Origin: Oscillospiraceae bacterium
GTDB lineage: Bacteria; Bacillota; Clostridia; Oscillospirales; Ruminococcaceae
NCBI GenBank assembly: GCA_017473015.1
Contig: JAFUNP010000006.1
Span: forward strand, 1 to 57,719
Length of the DNA: 57,719 nucleotides
Reading direction: 5' to 3'
Positions 40,862 through 51,201 of this stretch are shown piece after piece. The notes under the pieces were generated by a model, which ran no database searches, was not told the DNA's origin, and saw nothing but the letters and a program-made list of their open reading frames with translations. Each line of letters starts with the position of its first letter. The first letter of the stretch is position 1. The translations under genes and the position numbers were made by a program.

Positions 40862-40883
40862 AATTCTGTAATATTCAGCGCCG
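40862..40883. promoter_or_regulatory. inverted repeat AATATTACA-attc-TGTAATATT upstream of the ABC exporter operon (candidate operator)
   Basis: 9-bp perfect inverted repeat with a 4-bp spacer in the promoter region of the 40789 gene. Confidence 0.35.
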
Positions 40884-41008
40884 CCCGCAGCGGCTTGCTT
40901 TAACTGAGATGACAGCACTGACTGATATGATACAGACAGATTTGGCATCTGCACCACTGCCGGTCCAATGTCAATACAAGGCACCCCGTAGGGTGCCTTG
41001 ATTATTGT

Positions 41009-42187
41009 TTAAATAACAGGACCCAGGCAGAAAATGTCCATACTGCCAAAGTATCCCAGTGCTTCGTTTTTTGTCATTTTGCCGTTGAGAGTGTCCAGCA
41101 GCATCCGGAATGCTTCTTCGCCCACCTGGTCAATGCTCTTTTCACCGGTGAGAATGCGGCCTGCGTTCAGGTCCATATCATGCTGCATTCTTTCATATGT
41201 GTTTGGGTTGCCGCATATTTTGATAACCGGCATGGACGGGAACCCCTGTGGTGCGCCGCGTCCGGTGGAGAACATCATCACCTGTGCACCTGTGGCCGCC
41301 ATACCTGTGAGAATTTCCGGCTCTCTGCCCGGAGTATCTTTTATCCACAGCCCTTTGTGGTCGGTCACCATTTCGGTGTATTCCATCACACCCTGGATAG
41401 GTCTGTGGCCGGATTTTACTATAGCGCCCAGACTCTTTTCTTCTATGCTGGACAGACCTCCGGCAATATTGCCCGGTGTAGGCTGTCCGCCGCGCATATC
41501 CTCACCTACCGACATGGCTCTCTTTTCCATTTCGTCCACTATCTGATAGATTTTCTGTCCCACAGGACCGTTTTCACCGCCTACAGCACGGCGTGCCAAT
41601 ATATGTTCGCCTCCCAGAAATTCTGTGGTTTCGCCGAACACCACTGTTGCACCCAGGTCCACCAGCTTGTCTGCCACATAGCCGATTACACAGTTGGATG
41701 CCATACCGCTGGTGGTGTCAGAGCCGCCGCATTTGATTGACATAACCAGATTGGAAATATCCGCCGGCACTCTCTGAATACCGCTGATTTCCTGTACCAG
41801 ACGCTGTGCCGCATCGATTCCGGCCTGGATTGCACGGGATGTGCCGCCCAGTTCCTGAATATGTATGATTTCCACAGGTTTGCCTGTGGCTTTGATTTCT
41901 TCGTAAATTTTCTGGTGGTCAGTGCCCTCACAGCCCAGTGAAACTATCAGTGCCGCGCCTACATTGGGGCTCTGACCCAGCCGGCTGAGAGTTTCGGTCA
42001 CTCTTTTCAGGTCCAGCGGCAGCTGGCAGCAGCCCTGATGATGAAAATAGCCTATGGTGCCCTGTACCTGGCGGCACACAGCCTGGGCCACATCATTGGC
42101 ACACACTACGCTGGGGATAACCGCCACCAGATTTCGCACGCCATACTTTCCGTCGGGGCGCGGATAACCCATAAATGTATATGACAT
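41009..42187 (-). CDS. UxaA-family (altronate/galactarate) dehydratase, large C-terminal subunit
   Basis: 392 aa; homology pattern of the UxaA C-terminal domain. Paired with the upstream SAF-domain small subunit. Confidence 0.75.
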   Translation of the reverse strand: MSYTFMGYPRPDGKYGVRNLVAVIPSVVCANDVAQAVCRQVQGTIGYFHHQGCCQLPLDLKRVTETLSRLGQSPNVGAALIVSLGCEGTDHQKIYEEIKATGKPVEIIHIQELGGTSRAIQAGIDAAQRLVQEISGIQRVPADISNLVMSIKCGGSDTTSGMASNCVIGYVADKLVDLGATVVFGETTEFLGGEHILARRAVGGENGPVGQKIYQIVDEMEKRAMSVGEDMRGGQPTPGNIAGGLSSIEEKSLGAIVKSGHRPIQGVMEYTEMVTDHKGLWIKDTPGREPEILTGMAATGAQVMMFSTGRGAPQGFPSMPVIKICGNPNTYERMQHDMDLNAGRILTGEKSIDQVGEEAFRMLLDTLNGKMTKNEALGYFGSMDIFCLGPVI

Positions 42188-42197
42188 AATTTACCTC

Positions 42198-42494
42198 CTA
42201 CAAATCGCCGCGGCCGCGCATTGCTTCCAGATTATGCACATGCACATAGTCGCCTTTTTTAATGTCACAGCTGGCACGGCCTATTCTTTCGCCGTATTTG
42301 ATTATGCCTTCGCCTTTTGCTATATCTGCCACAGCTATTTTGTGGCCGTATGGCACATCGCCGCTGACTGTAATTATTTCACTGATGCCCTTTTTGTCGC
42401 GCATTTCCACCTGCATGCCATCGGTGATACCATTGGCAAATATGGTTGCAACATTGTCTGCATCATCCACTTTGAGAGCAAGTTTCAGTTCCAT
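42198..42494 (-). CDS. UxaA-family dehydratase, small N-terminal SAF-domain subunit
   Basis: 98 aa, SAF-like beta domain. Split-gene arrangement with the 41009 ORF. Confidence 0.7.
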   Translation of the reverse strand: MELKLALKVDDADNVATIFANGITDGMQVEMRDKKGISEIITVSGDVPYGHKIAVADIAKGEGIIKYGERIGRASCDIKKGDYVHVHNLEAMRGRGDL

Positions 42495-42626
42495 TCTGTC
42501 CTCCCTGTATTTTCACATATTTAATTACTTTAATTATAAATAAAGCAATGGTAAAATACAACTTATAATTTGTACAAACTCCAAATATATGGTATACTGG
42601 AAAAAACCACACAACGGAGAGATAAA

Positions 42627-43427
42627 ATGATTAAACTGATAGCAACTGACCTGGACGGCACTCTGATAAACGGCATCACACGCGCAGTACCCCAAGACCT
42701 GGAGGAAGTGTGGGACCGCCTGAATGAAAGGGGCATTGTGTTTCTGGCGGCATCCGGCAGAGACTACAATGGCGCGGCAGGTTTTTTCGGTCCTTTAGCT
42801 GAAAAAATGATGTTTATCTGCGACAACGGCGCAAATATTTATGACAAAGGTCAGCTGCTGGAAACCCACAATATCCCCCGTGACAGAGTTCACACACTGC
42901 TGCACCTGATTGACGGCATCGAAAACGCTGACCCTATGCTGTGTGGCACAAAAGGCACTTATGTGACCGCAGGCAGCCCTGCCTTTATGGAAAAAATGGC
43001 AAAACACTATTCACCGCTTACATGGGTGGACAATCTTTACGAAATAGACGATGAAATATTCAAAGTGTCTGTTTACGACGCCACCGGCGATATAAAGGGC
43101 CACACCTACGACCCTCTGGCTGCACGGGTTGGTGAAGATTACACCATACACATGTCTGCCAATATCTGGGTGGATATTATGGACACCGCCGCTGATAAAG
43201 GCATCGCTATCAGACGGGTGCAGTCTATGCTGAATGTGACAAAGGAAGAAACCATGGCTTTTGGTGACTTTTACAACGATGTGCCTCTGCTGGACCGGGC
43301 AGGTTACGCCTTTGTAATGGCCAACGGCACTGACGAACTGAAAGCAAAATATCCATATCAGGCCGCCAGCAACAACGAAGACGGCGTGACAAAAGCTATA
43401 AAAGAATGGATATTGGACAAAGAATAA
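42627..43427 (+). CDS. Cof-type HAD-IIB family hydrolase
   Basis: DLDGTL motif I, cap domain, and FGDFYNDVPLL motif IV. Start at the Met with RBS ggagag. Confidence 0.85.
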   Translation: MIKLIATDLDGTLINGITRAVPQDLEEVWDRLNERGIVFLAASGRDYNGAAGFFGPLAEKMMFICDNGANIYDKGQLLETHNIPRDRVHTLLHLIDGIENADPMLCGTKGTYVTAGSPAFMEKMAKHYSPLTWVDNLYEIDDEIFKVSVYDATGDIKGHTYDPLAARVGEDYTIHMSANIWVDIMDTAADKGIAIRRVQSMLNVTKEETMAFGDFYNDVPLLDRAGYAFVMANGTDELKAKYPYQAASNNEDGVTKAIKEWILDKE

Positions 43428-43435
43428 AAAACAGC

Positions 43436-43470
43436 AAAAGCTGCGGCAGTTATACGCCGCAGCCTTTTTT
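43436..43470. terminator. bidirectional intrinsic terminator
   Basis: aaaagctgcggcagttatacgccgcagcctttttt. Confidence 0.7.
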
Positions 43471-43551
43471 ATGCCGGTTTCACAGCAGTTGCCGCTGTTT
43501 AAACTGCAAATAAAAACAGGCGGCAAACAGCCGCCTGCTGAAAATCTGTTG

Positions 43552-43791
43552 TCAGACCCGTACGCCGTAGATAATTTCGGCCATTATAACCGGAGTAATC
43601 TGCCACATTATCATCCATACAATCATTCCCCAGCCAAGGGCAAATATCAGCCTGCCAATATTGAGAAAAAGGGATTTCCTGCATTTTTTCATTATTACAA
43701 AGCCGATAATGACCATCAGAATGCTGATGATATAATCCCAGTCAGGCAACGCGGCAGTTGTAAATGCAGTCACACCTATGAAAGTGTCCAT
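43552..43791 (-). CDS. small membrane protein (hypothetical)
   Basis: 79 aa, two TM helices, upstream of ung. Confidence 0.35.
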   Translation of the reverse strand: MDTFIGVTAFTTAALPDWDYIISILMVIIGFVIMKKCRKSLFLNIGRLIFALGWGMIVWMIMWQITPVIMAEIIYGVRV

Positions 43792-43792
43792 A

Positions 43793-44470
43793 TCATTCCT
43801 CCTGAATGGTCCAGTCGATTGGCTGTCTGCCTGTTTTTATCAGAAAATCATTGGCTGCCCTGAAATGCCCACAGCCGAAAAAGCCCCTGTAGGCCGACAG
43901 CGGGCTGGGGTGTACGCTGGTCAGCACCAGATGCTTTGTTTCGTCAATGAGAGACTTTTTCTTTATTGAATGGCTGCCCCACAGCAGGAAAACCACCGGG
44001 TCCTCCCTTTCGTTCAGCTTTTTAATCACATTGTCGGTAAAAATCTGCCAGCCTGCATCTTTATGGCTGTTGGCGTTATGGGCGCGGACAGTCAGTGTGG
44101 TGTTCAGCAGAAGCACGCCCTGTTTGGCCCATTTGGTCAGATTGCCGTAGTTTTTTGGCATCTCTACGCCGAATTCGTTTTCAATTTCCTTATATATATT
44201 CACCAGTGATGGCGGCGGCATTATCCCTTTCTGCACCGAAAAAGACAGCCCGTGGGCCTGGTTGGGTCCGTGGTATGGGTCTTGCCCCAGAATAACCACC
44301 TTCACATCGCTGTAGGATGTGTATTTCAGCGCGTTGAAAATATCATACATGTTTGGATAGATGGTGTGATAGGTGTATTCCTCTTTCAGAAACTGGCGCA
44401 GCTTCAGATAGTACTCCTTATCAAATTCGCCTTCCAGCACCTTGTCCCATTCGTTGCCCAGATTGACCAT
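43793..44470 (-). CDS. ung: uracil-DNA glycosylase
   Basis: [22 protein letters not shown] water-activating loop and C-terminal HPSPLS motif. Confidence 0.9.
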   Translation of the reverse strand: MVNLGNEWDKVLEGEFDKEYYLKLRQFLKEEYTYHTIYPNMYDIFNALKYTSYSDVKVVILGQDPYHGPNQAHGLSFSVQKGIMPPPSLVNIYKEIENEFGVEMPKNYGNLTKWAKQGVLLLNTTLTVRAHNANSHKDAGWQIFTDNVIKKLNEREDPVVFLLWGSHSIKKKSLIDETKHLVLTSVHPSPLSAYRGFFGCGHFRAANDFLIKTGRQPIDWTIQEE

Positions 44471-44550
44471 AATCTGCCTCCTCTGAATTTATATCTATAT
44501 ATTAGCCTAATTATATCAAAAAAACAAGCACCCCTCAGGGTGCCTGGTTG

Positions 44551-45426
44551 TCAGATGCTTGCTTTGAATACGTCAGCTACTTCGTGGAGGGTGATGTATG
44601 CTTTCGGGTCTATCCGGTGAATAATGTCCTTCATTTTTGTAACCTGAAAACGGTTTACCACAAACCATACGATTGTTTTCTGCCGGTTGGAATAGCCGCC
44701 TATAGCATTTACACGGGTGGAACCCGATTCAAACTCCTGTGAAAGTGCGGCGGAAACCTCGTTTGGACATTCAGTTACAATCATGGCACATTTTGCCCTG
44801 TCAAAGCCGTCTACGATAAAGTCTATTGTTTTCAGCGCTGCCATATATGTAACGATAGAGTACAGCGGCAGTATCCAGCTTTCCAGCGCCACGCCGCAAA
44901 CCACATACAGCACCACATTGTACAGCATTACAAAGGTGCCTACAGAAATACCCATTTTCTTTGCAAAAATAACTGCAAGAACATCGATGCCGTCCATGGC
45001 ACCGCCCCAGCGCATTGTCAGACCACTGCCGGTACCGGAAATCATGCCGCCAAACAGAGCGCACAGCAGCAGGTCAGACCCGGCCAGCGGTGAAACCACG
45101 CTTACATCCACTGGCAGCACATCGGTAATCAGCCATGCCATAAAGGAGTAAACGCCTACCGCATAAATGGAATAAACAGTGAATTTTATGCCCTGGCGTT
45201 TCAGCCCGTAGATAAACAGCGGTACATTCAGTATTATCAGCAAGGTGGACAAAGACAGCCCGCTCATCTGTGACAGCAGCATACTTGTACCGGAAATACC
45301 GCTGTCGTACAGCTTTACAGGTGACAGAAAAAATGTAACGCCGAATGCGTTTATAATACCGGCCACTGTAAGCATCATAAAGTTTTTTGCCTCAAATCCC
45401 TTTGTGTATATCTTCAGAGAAGTCAT
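44551..45426 (-). CDS. YitT family membrane protein (DUF161/DUF2179)
   Basis: Four to five TM helices plus a C-terminal DUF2179 domain. Confidence 0.75.
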   Translation of the reverse strand: MTSLKIYTKGFEAKNFMMLTVAGIINAFGVTFFLSPVKLYDSGISGTSMLLSQMSGLSLSTLLIILNVPLFIYGLKRQGIKFTVYSIYAVGVYSFMAWLITDVLPVDVSVVSPLAGSDLLLCALFGGMISGTGSGLTMRWGGAMDGIDVLAVIFAKKMGISVGTFVMLYNVVLYVVCGVALESWILPLYSIVTYMAALKTIDFIVDGFDRAKCAMIVTECPNEVSAALSQEFESGSTRVNAIGGYSNRQKTIVWFVVNRFQVTKMKDIIHRIDPKAYITLHEVADVFKASI

Positions 45427-45627
45427 AATTTCTCTTTCCCCTTTCGTTTTTTTAAAATCCTTTAAATTCTATCATACAGCTGGAAAAGATTCAATGCGGA
45501 CCGGAAAAACTTTACATAAATTTCATAAGATGAAAAGGGAGTGCGCCCGGCAATAAAGACCTTCAATTTTATGCTTTATCCTTTTTATCAAATCAAATTT
45601 CATATCAATATAAAGCAATAAATATGA

Positions 45628-45695
45628 ATGTCATTCTGAGAAGTGCAACGGCGAAGAATCTCCCCCCGAATGACAGCCAAGATAAAATGACACGC
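45628..45695. repeat. About 65-bp TGTCATTCTGAG...CGAAGAATCTCC...AATGACAG...AATGACA repeat (copy 3 of 3)
   Basis: Matches 29695-29758 and 37388-37455. Confidence 0.8.
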
Positions 45696-45751
45696 AAATG
45701 GGCGGCAAGCTGCCGCCCATGGTAAATTGTGCATATTACTGTCGTTATCCT

Positions 45752-46108
45752 CTACTCCCGGCTGTTTGGCTTTTTCAGCAAGGCGGCGATAAATGCAAAC
45801 ACCAGGCTGGCCCGCACGCCGCCGGCACAGGCCGTAAAGCCTCCGGTGAATATGCCTATAAAGCCTTCCTTTGCCACCGATTCTTTCATGCCCTGAGCCA
45901 GCGTATGACCAAACCCCACAATGGGAACCAACGCTCCTGCTCCGGCAAAATCCACCACCGGCTCCCACAGCCCCAGTGCAGACAGTGCCACTCCCGACAC
46001 CACAAAGGCTGTCAATATTCTGGCCGGTGTCATTTTTGTCAGGTCTATCAGTATCTGTCCCAATACACAGATTAATCCCCCGGTAATAAAGGCTGCAATA
46101 TAATCCAT
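45752..46108 (-). CDS. spoVAE: stage V sporulation protein AE (SpoVAE/SpoVAEB-like)
   Basis: 118 aa from the internal Met; 3-TM SpoVAC/SpoVAEB family; immediately downstream of spoVAD. Confidence 0.75.
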   Translation of the reverse strand: MDYIAAFITGGLICVLGQILIDLTKMTPARILTAFVVSGVALSALGLWEPVVDFAGAGALVPIVGFGHTLAQGMKESVAKEGFIGIFTGGFTACAGGVRASLVFAFIAALLKKPNSRE

Positions 46109-46110
46109 AG

Positions 46111-47109
46111 CTAATTCCTTTCTGTCTGTATCTCCACCAGATGTGCAATCCCCGGTATGCTTTCCTGCTGCATTGTGGTGGTGGGGCTCAGCAGCGCACC
46201 TGTCGCCATAAACAGTATCCTGTTTATTTTTTTCTGCTCCATCTGCGGCAGTATATGGGCGCTCAGCACACATCCGCTGCACCCGCAGCCCGATGCCCCC
46301 GCCTGTACCTGCTGGCTCTCTCTGTCAAATATTATCAGCCCGCAGTCCTGGTGGTTTGTCAGCTCTATGTCCTCTTTCTGCAGCAGCTCCTTCAGCAGCA
46401 CACTGCCCACCATTCCCAGGTCCCCGGTGTATATGGCATCATAGTTTTCCGGCTTTTCTCCTGTTTCCCTGAAAAACTCCTTCAGCGTCAGCGCTGCAGC
46501 CGGAGCCATGGCTGCTCCCATGTTGTTGGCGTCCTTTACACCCAGGTCGGCTATCCTGCCAAACATAACCCTGGTGATAAATGGTCCTTTGCCCTCTCTT
46601 TCCAGCAGTGAATGAGCTGCCCCTGTCACTGTCCACTGGGCTGTGGGGGTGCGTTTGCCGCCGTAATCCAGCGGTGTGCGGAATTGTCTTTCCGCTGTGG
46701 CAAAATGACTGCTGGCACTGCACAGTGCGTTGTCTACAATTCCGCCGCTTACCAGACATGCCCCTATGGCCATGCTTTCCGCCATGGCACTGCATGCTCC
46801 GTACAGCCCCAGAAAGGGTATTGTAATATCCCTGTAGCAGAAAGCGGTGCTGGTTATCTGGTCGCACAGGTCCCCGCCCAACGCCACCTGAATAGCCTGT
46901 GGTTTTATATCCCTCTTTTTCAGTATGGTGTAAAAAGAGCGCTTCAGCATTTCGGTTTCCGCTTTTTCCCATGTGTCCTGACCGAAATAATCGTCATCGC
47001 TTATCATGTCAAAATAGTCTCCCAGCGGCCCTTTTCCCTCTTTTTTACCGCCCACACAGCTGTGGGTGGTGATGGCCACCGGCTTTTTCAGTGTAATAAC
47101 CCTGCTCAT
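46111..47109 (-). CDS. spoVAD: stage V sporulation protein AD
   Basis: 332 aa, thiolase-like fold (SpoVAD family). Confidence 0.85.
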   Translation of the reverse strand: MSRVITLKKPVAITTHSCVGGKKEGKGPLGDYFDMISDDDYFGQDTWEKAETEMLKRSFYTILKKRDIKPQAIQVALGGDLCDQITSTAFCYRDITIPFLGLYGACSAMAESMAIGACLVSGGIVDNALCSASSHFATAERQFRTPLDYGGKRTPTAQWTVTGAAHSLLEREGKGPFITRVMFGRIADLGVKDANNMGAAMAPAAALTLKEFFRETGEKPENYDAIYTGDLGMVGSVLLKELLQKEDIELTNHQDCGLIIFDRESQQVQAGASGCGCSGCVLSAHILPQMEQKKINRILFMATGALLSPTTTMQQESIPGIAHLVEIQTERN

Positions 47110-47112
47110 ATC

Positions 47113-47562
47113 CTACCTCCCCATGGGACTTACAAAAAACAGTATCAGTCCGTAAACCACCGATGCCAGCACACCGTACACAATCACCGGCCCGGCTATG
47201 ACAAACATCTTTGCCCCCACACCGGTAATCAGTCCTTCTGACCGGAACTCCATGGCCGGGCTTACCACTGCGTTGGCAAAGCCGGTTATGGGCACCAGCG
47301 TGCCTGCTCCAGCCCTTTTTGCCAGTCGGCTGTACCACCCCAGACCGGTAAACAGGGCGGACAACCCCACCAGCGTAATACTGGACATCAGCCTGGCATC
47401 ACTGATAATAAATCCCATATTCATATAAAATCGGTACAGCCATTCGCCCAGTGCGCATATGCTTCCACCTGTCATAAATGCCCATGTGCAGTTTTTCACC
47501 AGCCGTGACGGCGGCGAAGCCTTCTCCACCATGCGGGAATATTCTTTTTTGCTTGTTTTCAT
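47113..47562 (-). CDS. spoVAC: stage V sporulation protein AC
   Basis: 149 aa, four TM helices, SpoVAC family. First gene of the spoVAC-D-E operon. Confidence 0.85.
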   Translation of the reverse strand: MKTSKKEYSRMVEKASPPSRLVKNCTWAFMTGGSICALGEWLYRFYMNMGFIISDARLMSSITLVGLSALFTGLGWYSRLAKRAGAGTLVPITGFANAVVSPAMEFRSEGLITGVGAKMFVIAGPVIVYGVLASVVYGLILFFVSPMGR

Positions 47563-47706
47563 CGGTTCATCTCCGTTTTTTATAGATTGTGGACAGAATT
47601 TTCACCTTTATGCATACCCAAAACCCGTTGCGAAAAAAAGGATATAATGATATGATAAGCTATAGTACTCATATCATTTTGTAAATCAAACAAAAGGAGA
47701 ATATAT

Positions 47707-48807
47707 ATGATTAACCGTGATTTAGTAAAAAAACTTTCCGCACAGCTGAAAGCTGACGGAGTTTCCGCTCTGCTGGTAGCTCCAAGCGGTGACCTTGTAT
47801 TTCTGCTGGGTCACAAGCCTTACCTGTGTGAACGCTTCCAGGCTCTGGTAGTTACAGACAAGGAAGAACTGTTCTACATCTGCAACCGTCTGACCGAAGC
47901 CGAAGCCATCGGCTTTATGGAAGGCAACAAGGTTTATCAGTGGATGGATTCCGACGGCTTTGAAGCCACAGCAAAACAGGCTTTTGAAGATTTCGGCCTT
48001 ATCGGCAAGAAAATCGCTGTAAACGGTACAGTGAGAGCTTTCAATCTTATCAAACTGCTGAAAGCCATTGACTTTGAAGCTGTAAACGGCAAAGATTATC
48101 TGGAACTGACCAGAATTATCAAAACACCGGAAGAACTGGAAAACCTGCGCAAATCCTCACTGATTGTTGACAAGGTTTTTGAAGACATTGTTAAATTTAT
48201 CAAACCTGGCATGACAGAAAGAGATGTGAAAAACGAAATCGCCCGTCTGTGCAAGGTATACGGCGGTGAAGACTGCCACGGCGGTATCGTTGCTGTTGAC
48301 GCAAATGCTGCCAACCCACACTACTTCGGTGACAGCGCCGTAATCGGTGAACATGCTGTGGTTGAAATGGACTACGGCTGTACATATAAGGGCATGTATT
48401 CCGACATTACCCGTACAGTTATCGTGGGCAAAGCCACCGAAAGAGAAAAACAGCTGTACAACACTGTTCTCCGGGCTAACCTGGCCGGTGAAGCTGCTGC
48501 TGTAAACGGTGCATGGATTCCTGATGTGGATATGGCCGCCAGAAAAGTTATCCAAGATGCAGGCTACGGCTATGAATTCAACCACCGCCTGGGCCACGGC
48601 ATTGGTTATGCAGGTCACGAAGCACCATACATCCACGGCGACTACAAAATGCATCTGGCTCCTGGCATGGCTTTCTCCTGTGAACCTGGTATCTATATCC
48701 GCGGTGAAATCGGTATCCGTATCGAAGATGTTGTAATCATCAACGAAAAAGGCGAAACAGAAGTGCTGAACAAATGCACAAAAGAGCTTATCGAAATCCC
48801 AGTATAA
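47707..48807 (+). CDS. M24 family Xaa-Pro dipeptidase/aminopeptidase
   Basis: HRLGHGIGYAGHE...E..I.IEDV metal ligands; second M24 paralog in the window. Confidence 0.85.
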   Translation: MINRDLVKKLSAQLKADGVSALLVAPSGDLVFLLGHKPYLCERFQALVVTDKEELFYICNRLTEAEAIGFMEGNKVYQWMDSDGFEATAKQAFEDFGLIGKKIAVNGTVRAFNLIKLLKAIDFEAVNGKDYLELTRIIKTPEELENLRKSSLIVDKVFEDIVKFIKPGMTERDVKNEIARLCKVYGGEDCHGGIVAVDANAANPHYFGDSAVIGEHAVVEMDYGCTYKGMYSDITRTVIVGKATEREKQLYNTVLRANLAGEAAAVNGAWIPDVDMAARKVIQDAGYGYEFNHRLGHGIGYAGHEAPYIHGDYKMHLAPGMAFSCEPGIYIRGEIGIRIEDVVIINEKGETEVLNKCTKELIEIPV

Positions 48808-49348
48808 TATTAGAAAAAACAAGAAGCACCCAATCAGGGTGCTTTTTGTTTTATGCTGTCATTTCAATCCCTGTCCCGACCTCGCAGACTTTTTTCCGTG
48901 ATTGATACTTTCTTCCGTGGTATAACATACATGAAGACAAAAATTGCCAGCGCTGGTGGCTGGGCCCTCAGATGGGAAATGCGTAATTCTGGCATTGCCA
49001 CCGCGGTGCACACGGGCGTACCCGTTGTGTATACCGGCAGCTGCTGTCTTTGCAATGGGCAATCGCTGCGGCGACGGGGTTCAACTCCCCACAGATACTT
49101 ATAATAGCACTGTAAGCTCAATTGGATGATTTTTTTTAAACTTAACCGTTCCGCCCGGACTCCCTGTACGGCTCTGCCGTCGGGGTATCTGAGGCAAATA
49201 CAGCACCTGCCCTGTCCGCCTGGCAGATACCGGTGCCCTTCCCCTCAGGCCAGCTTTTGTCCGCCTGCCGGGAATGCTCCTTACACCGGCGGCCGCAGCT
49301 GCAGTATGAACGGTTATCCGACTTTTCTTACCACGGAGGTATTTATAT

Positions 49349-50449
49349 ATGAGAAAAATAGTTATCAACGAAAATCAGAAAGCACTCCTTTTCAAAAACG
49401 GCGAATTTGTAAAAGTTCTCCCTTCAGGCCGTCATATCCTTACTTCAAAGCATACAGCCGAGGTGCTGAATGTGGAAAAAGCTGTTGTTTCGGGTAACAG
49501 CTCGGTGAAAAAGCTGATAAGCAATCCTGATTTTGCCGCTCAGACAGAATTTGTACAGGTGGCGGACGGCCAGTTTGCCCTGCATTTTGTGGACGGCCGC
49601 TTTGCCCACTTCCTGCCAAAAGGCGACCACGCCTACTGGAAGGATGCAGGCCGGCATTCCTTCACCTTTGTGGATGCCACATCTCCTGAGGTGGGTAAAG
49701 ATATACCTGAATATCTGTTCCCTTACATACCTGTGATGTACTATACCAAAGCAGAGGTACAGCCTTACCAGAAAGGCCGCCTGTACTTTGACGGCGTTTT
49801 CCAGCGTCTGCTGGAACCGGGCACATACTATTTCTGGCGCAATGGCGTTACTGTTACCTGCCAGCCGGTGGACACCCGTGTGATGTCCATGGATATTTCC
49901 GGCCAGGAAATGCTGACAGCGGATAAGGTAACACTGCGTATAAATTTTGTGATAAACTACCGCATCACAGATTTTGTAAAAATCGCCCACGAAATAGACA
50001 ATTACAAAGAGCAGCTCCGCCTGCAGGCACAGCTGGCCCTGCGCCGGTATATAGGCGGTCACAAGCTGGACGAAATACTTGAAAACAAGGAAGAAATCGC
50101 ACAGTTTGTTTTCAACAGCCTGAAAGAAAAAGAGCCGCAGCTGTTTGTGCAGTTCTGCGATGCCGGTGTGAAAGATATTATCCTGCCTGGTGAAATCCGC
50201 GATATTATGAACACCGTTCTTATCGCAGAAAAACGCGCCCAGGCCAATGTTATCACTCGCCGTGAGGAGGTGGCCTCCACACGTTCACTGCTGAACACTG
50301 CCCGTCTTATGGATGAAAACCAGACCCTTTACCGCCTGAAAGAACTGGAATACATCGAAAAAATCTGCGAAAATGTGGGCAATATCACAGTAAACAGTGG
50401 CGGTGATATACTCTCCCGGCTTTCCACACTGCTGCAAAAGCAGCGGTAG
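49349..50449 (+). CDS. SPFH/band-7 domain protein (slipin/flotillin-like)
   Basis: 366 aa; PHB domain followed by coiled-coil-rich heptads (AEKRAQANVITRREEVASTRSLLNTARL). Confidence 0.75.
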   Translation: MRKIVINENQKALLFKNGEFVKVLPSGRHILTSKHTAEVLNVEKAVVSGNSSVKKLISNPDFAAQTEFVQVADGQFALHFVDGRFAHFLPKGDHAYWKDAGRHSFTFVDATSPEVGKDIPEYLFPYIPVMYYTKAEVQPYQKGRLYFDGVFQRLLEPGTYYFWRNGVTVTCQPVDTRVMSMDISGQEMLTADKVTLRINFVINYRITDFVKIAHEIDNYKEQLRLQAQLALRRYIGGHKLDEILENKEEIAQFVFNSLKEKEPQLFVQFCDAGVKDIILPGEIRDIMNTVLIAEKRAQANVITRREEVASTRSLLNTARLMDENQTLYRLKELEYIEKICENVGNITVNSGGDILSRLSTLLQKQR

Positions 50450-50504
50450 CCGCCACAAGTGTTTAATAATCAAACATAAACTGCGACACAGAATACCGCA
50501 AAAC

Positions 50505-50537
50505 AAAAAAGCAGAGATTAAATCTCTGCTTTTTTGC
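50505..50537 (+). terminator. intrinsic terminator after the SPFH gene
   Basis: aaaaaagcagagattaaatctctgcttttttgc. Confidence 0.75.
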
Positions 50538-51201
50538 TATTGGGTGGTAGGTTTAACATGATATATAACACCTGTTATTATGAACGAAGGAAAATGTACT
50601 TATACGGAACTACCAATGAAAAAACATGCTACACAGGTATGTCACAATGGACCGGCAAACCTTCCAGCCACGGCATATTCAAATGCTGATATATTTAAAA
50701 TACTTTATCCCAGGCGGCCTTGCCGCCTATGTTTTATATAATAGCATCATTTCTGTATTTTGCAAGGAATGCATTTTCTGCATAAAAAATAAGTGACCAG
50801 TTTTACGGTGGGAAAAAAGTATTAAATTCGTCTTTTTGCACAACGGCAATTAAAAATAAAAATTATAAAACCAATATTTTTTGTGACCTGTGCATACCAA
50901 AAGGGCTGAAAATTGTATATTTTTGTGATTTTTAACGAAATTTCTGTTTGCTTTGTAATTGTATATAAAACATTTGTTTTTTATACGAGTTCATTCCCTT
51001 AGATGTTATGGTTGTGTATTGATACAAATTTGTATTTAATATAAAAACATATGTTGCTGAACAAAAGATAACTTTTTAGCTATGGCAGCGGATTGGTTAT
51101 TATGACAGCACCATTTGTTTCAATTAAATACAAAATTATTGTATTTTTATGATTTATCAATTATAATGAATTCATTGAAATCACACACAGGAGTATTTAC
51201 T

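Noticed and set aside
48157-48822. 221-aa minus-strand ORF
   Set aside because: Antisense to the M24 dipeptidase.
49060-49100. tmRNA/tRNA-like T-arm GGGGTTCAACTCCCC
   Set aside because: No matching acceptor stem, no CCA and no tag reading frame nearby. Kept only as part of the unexplained GC-rich block.
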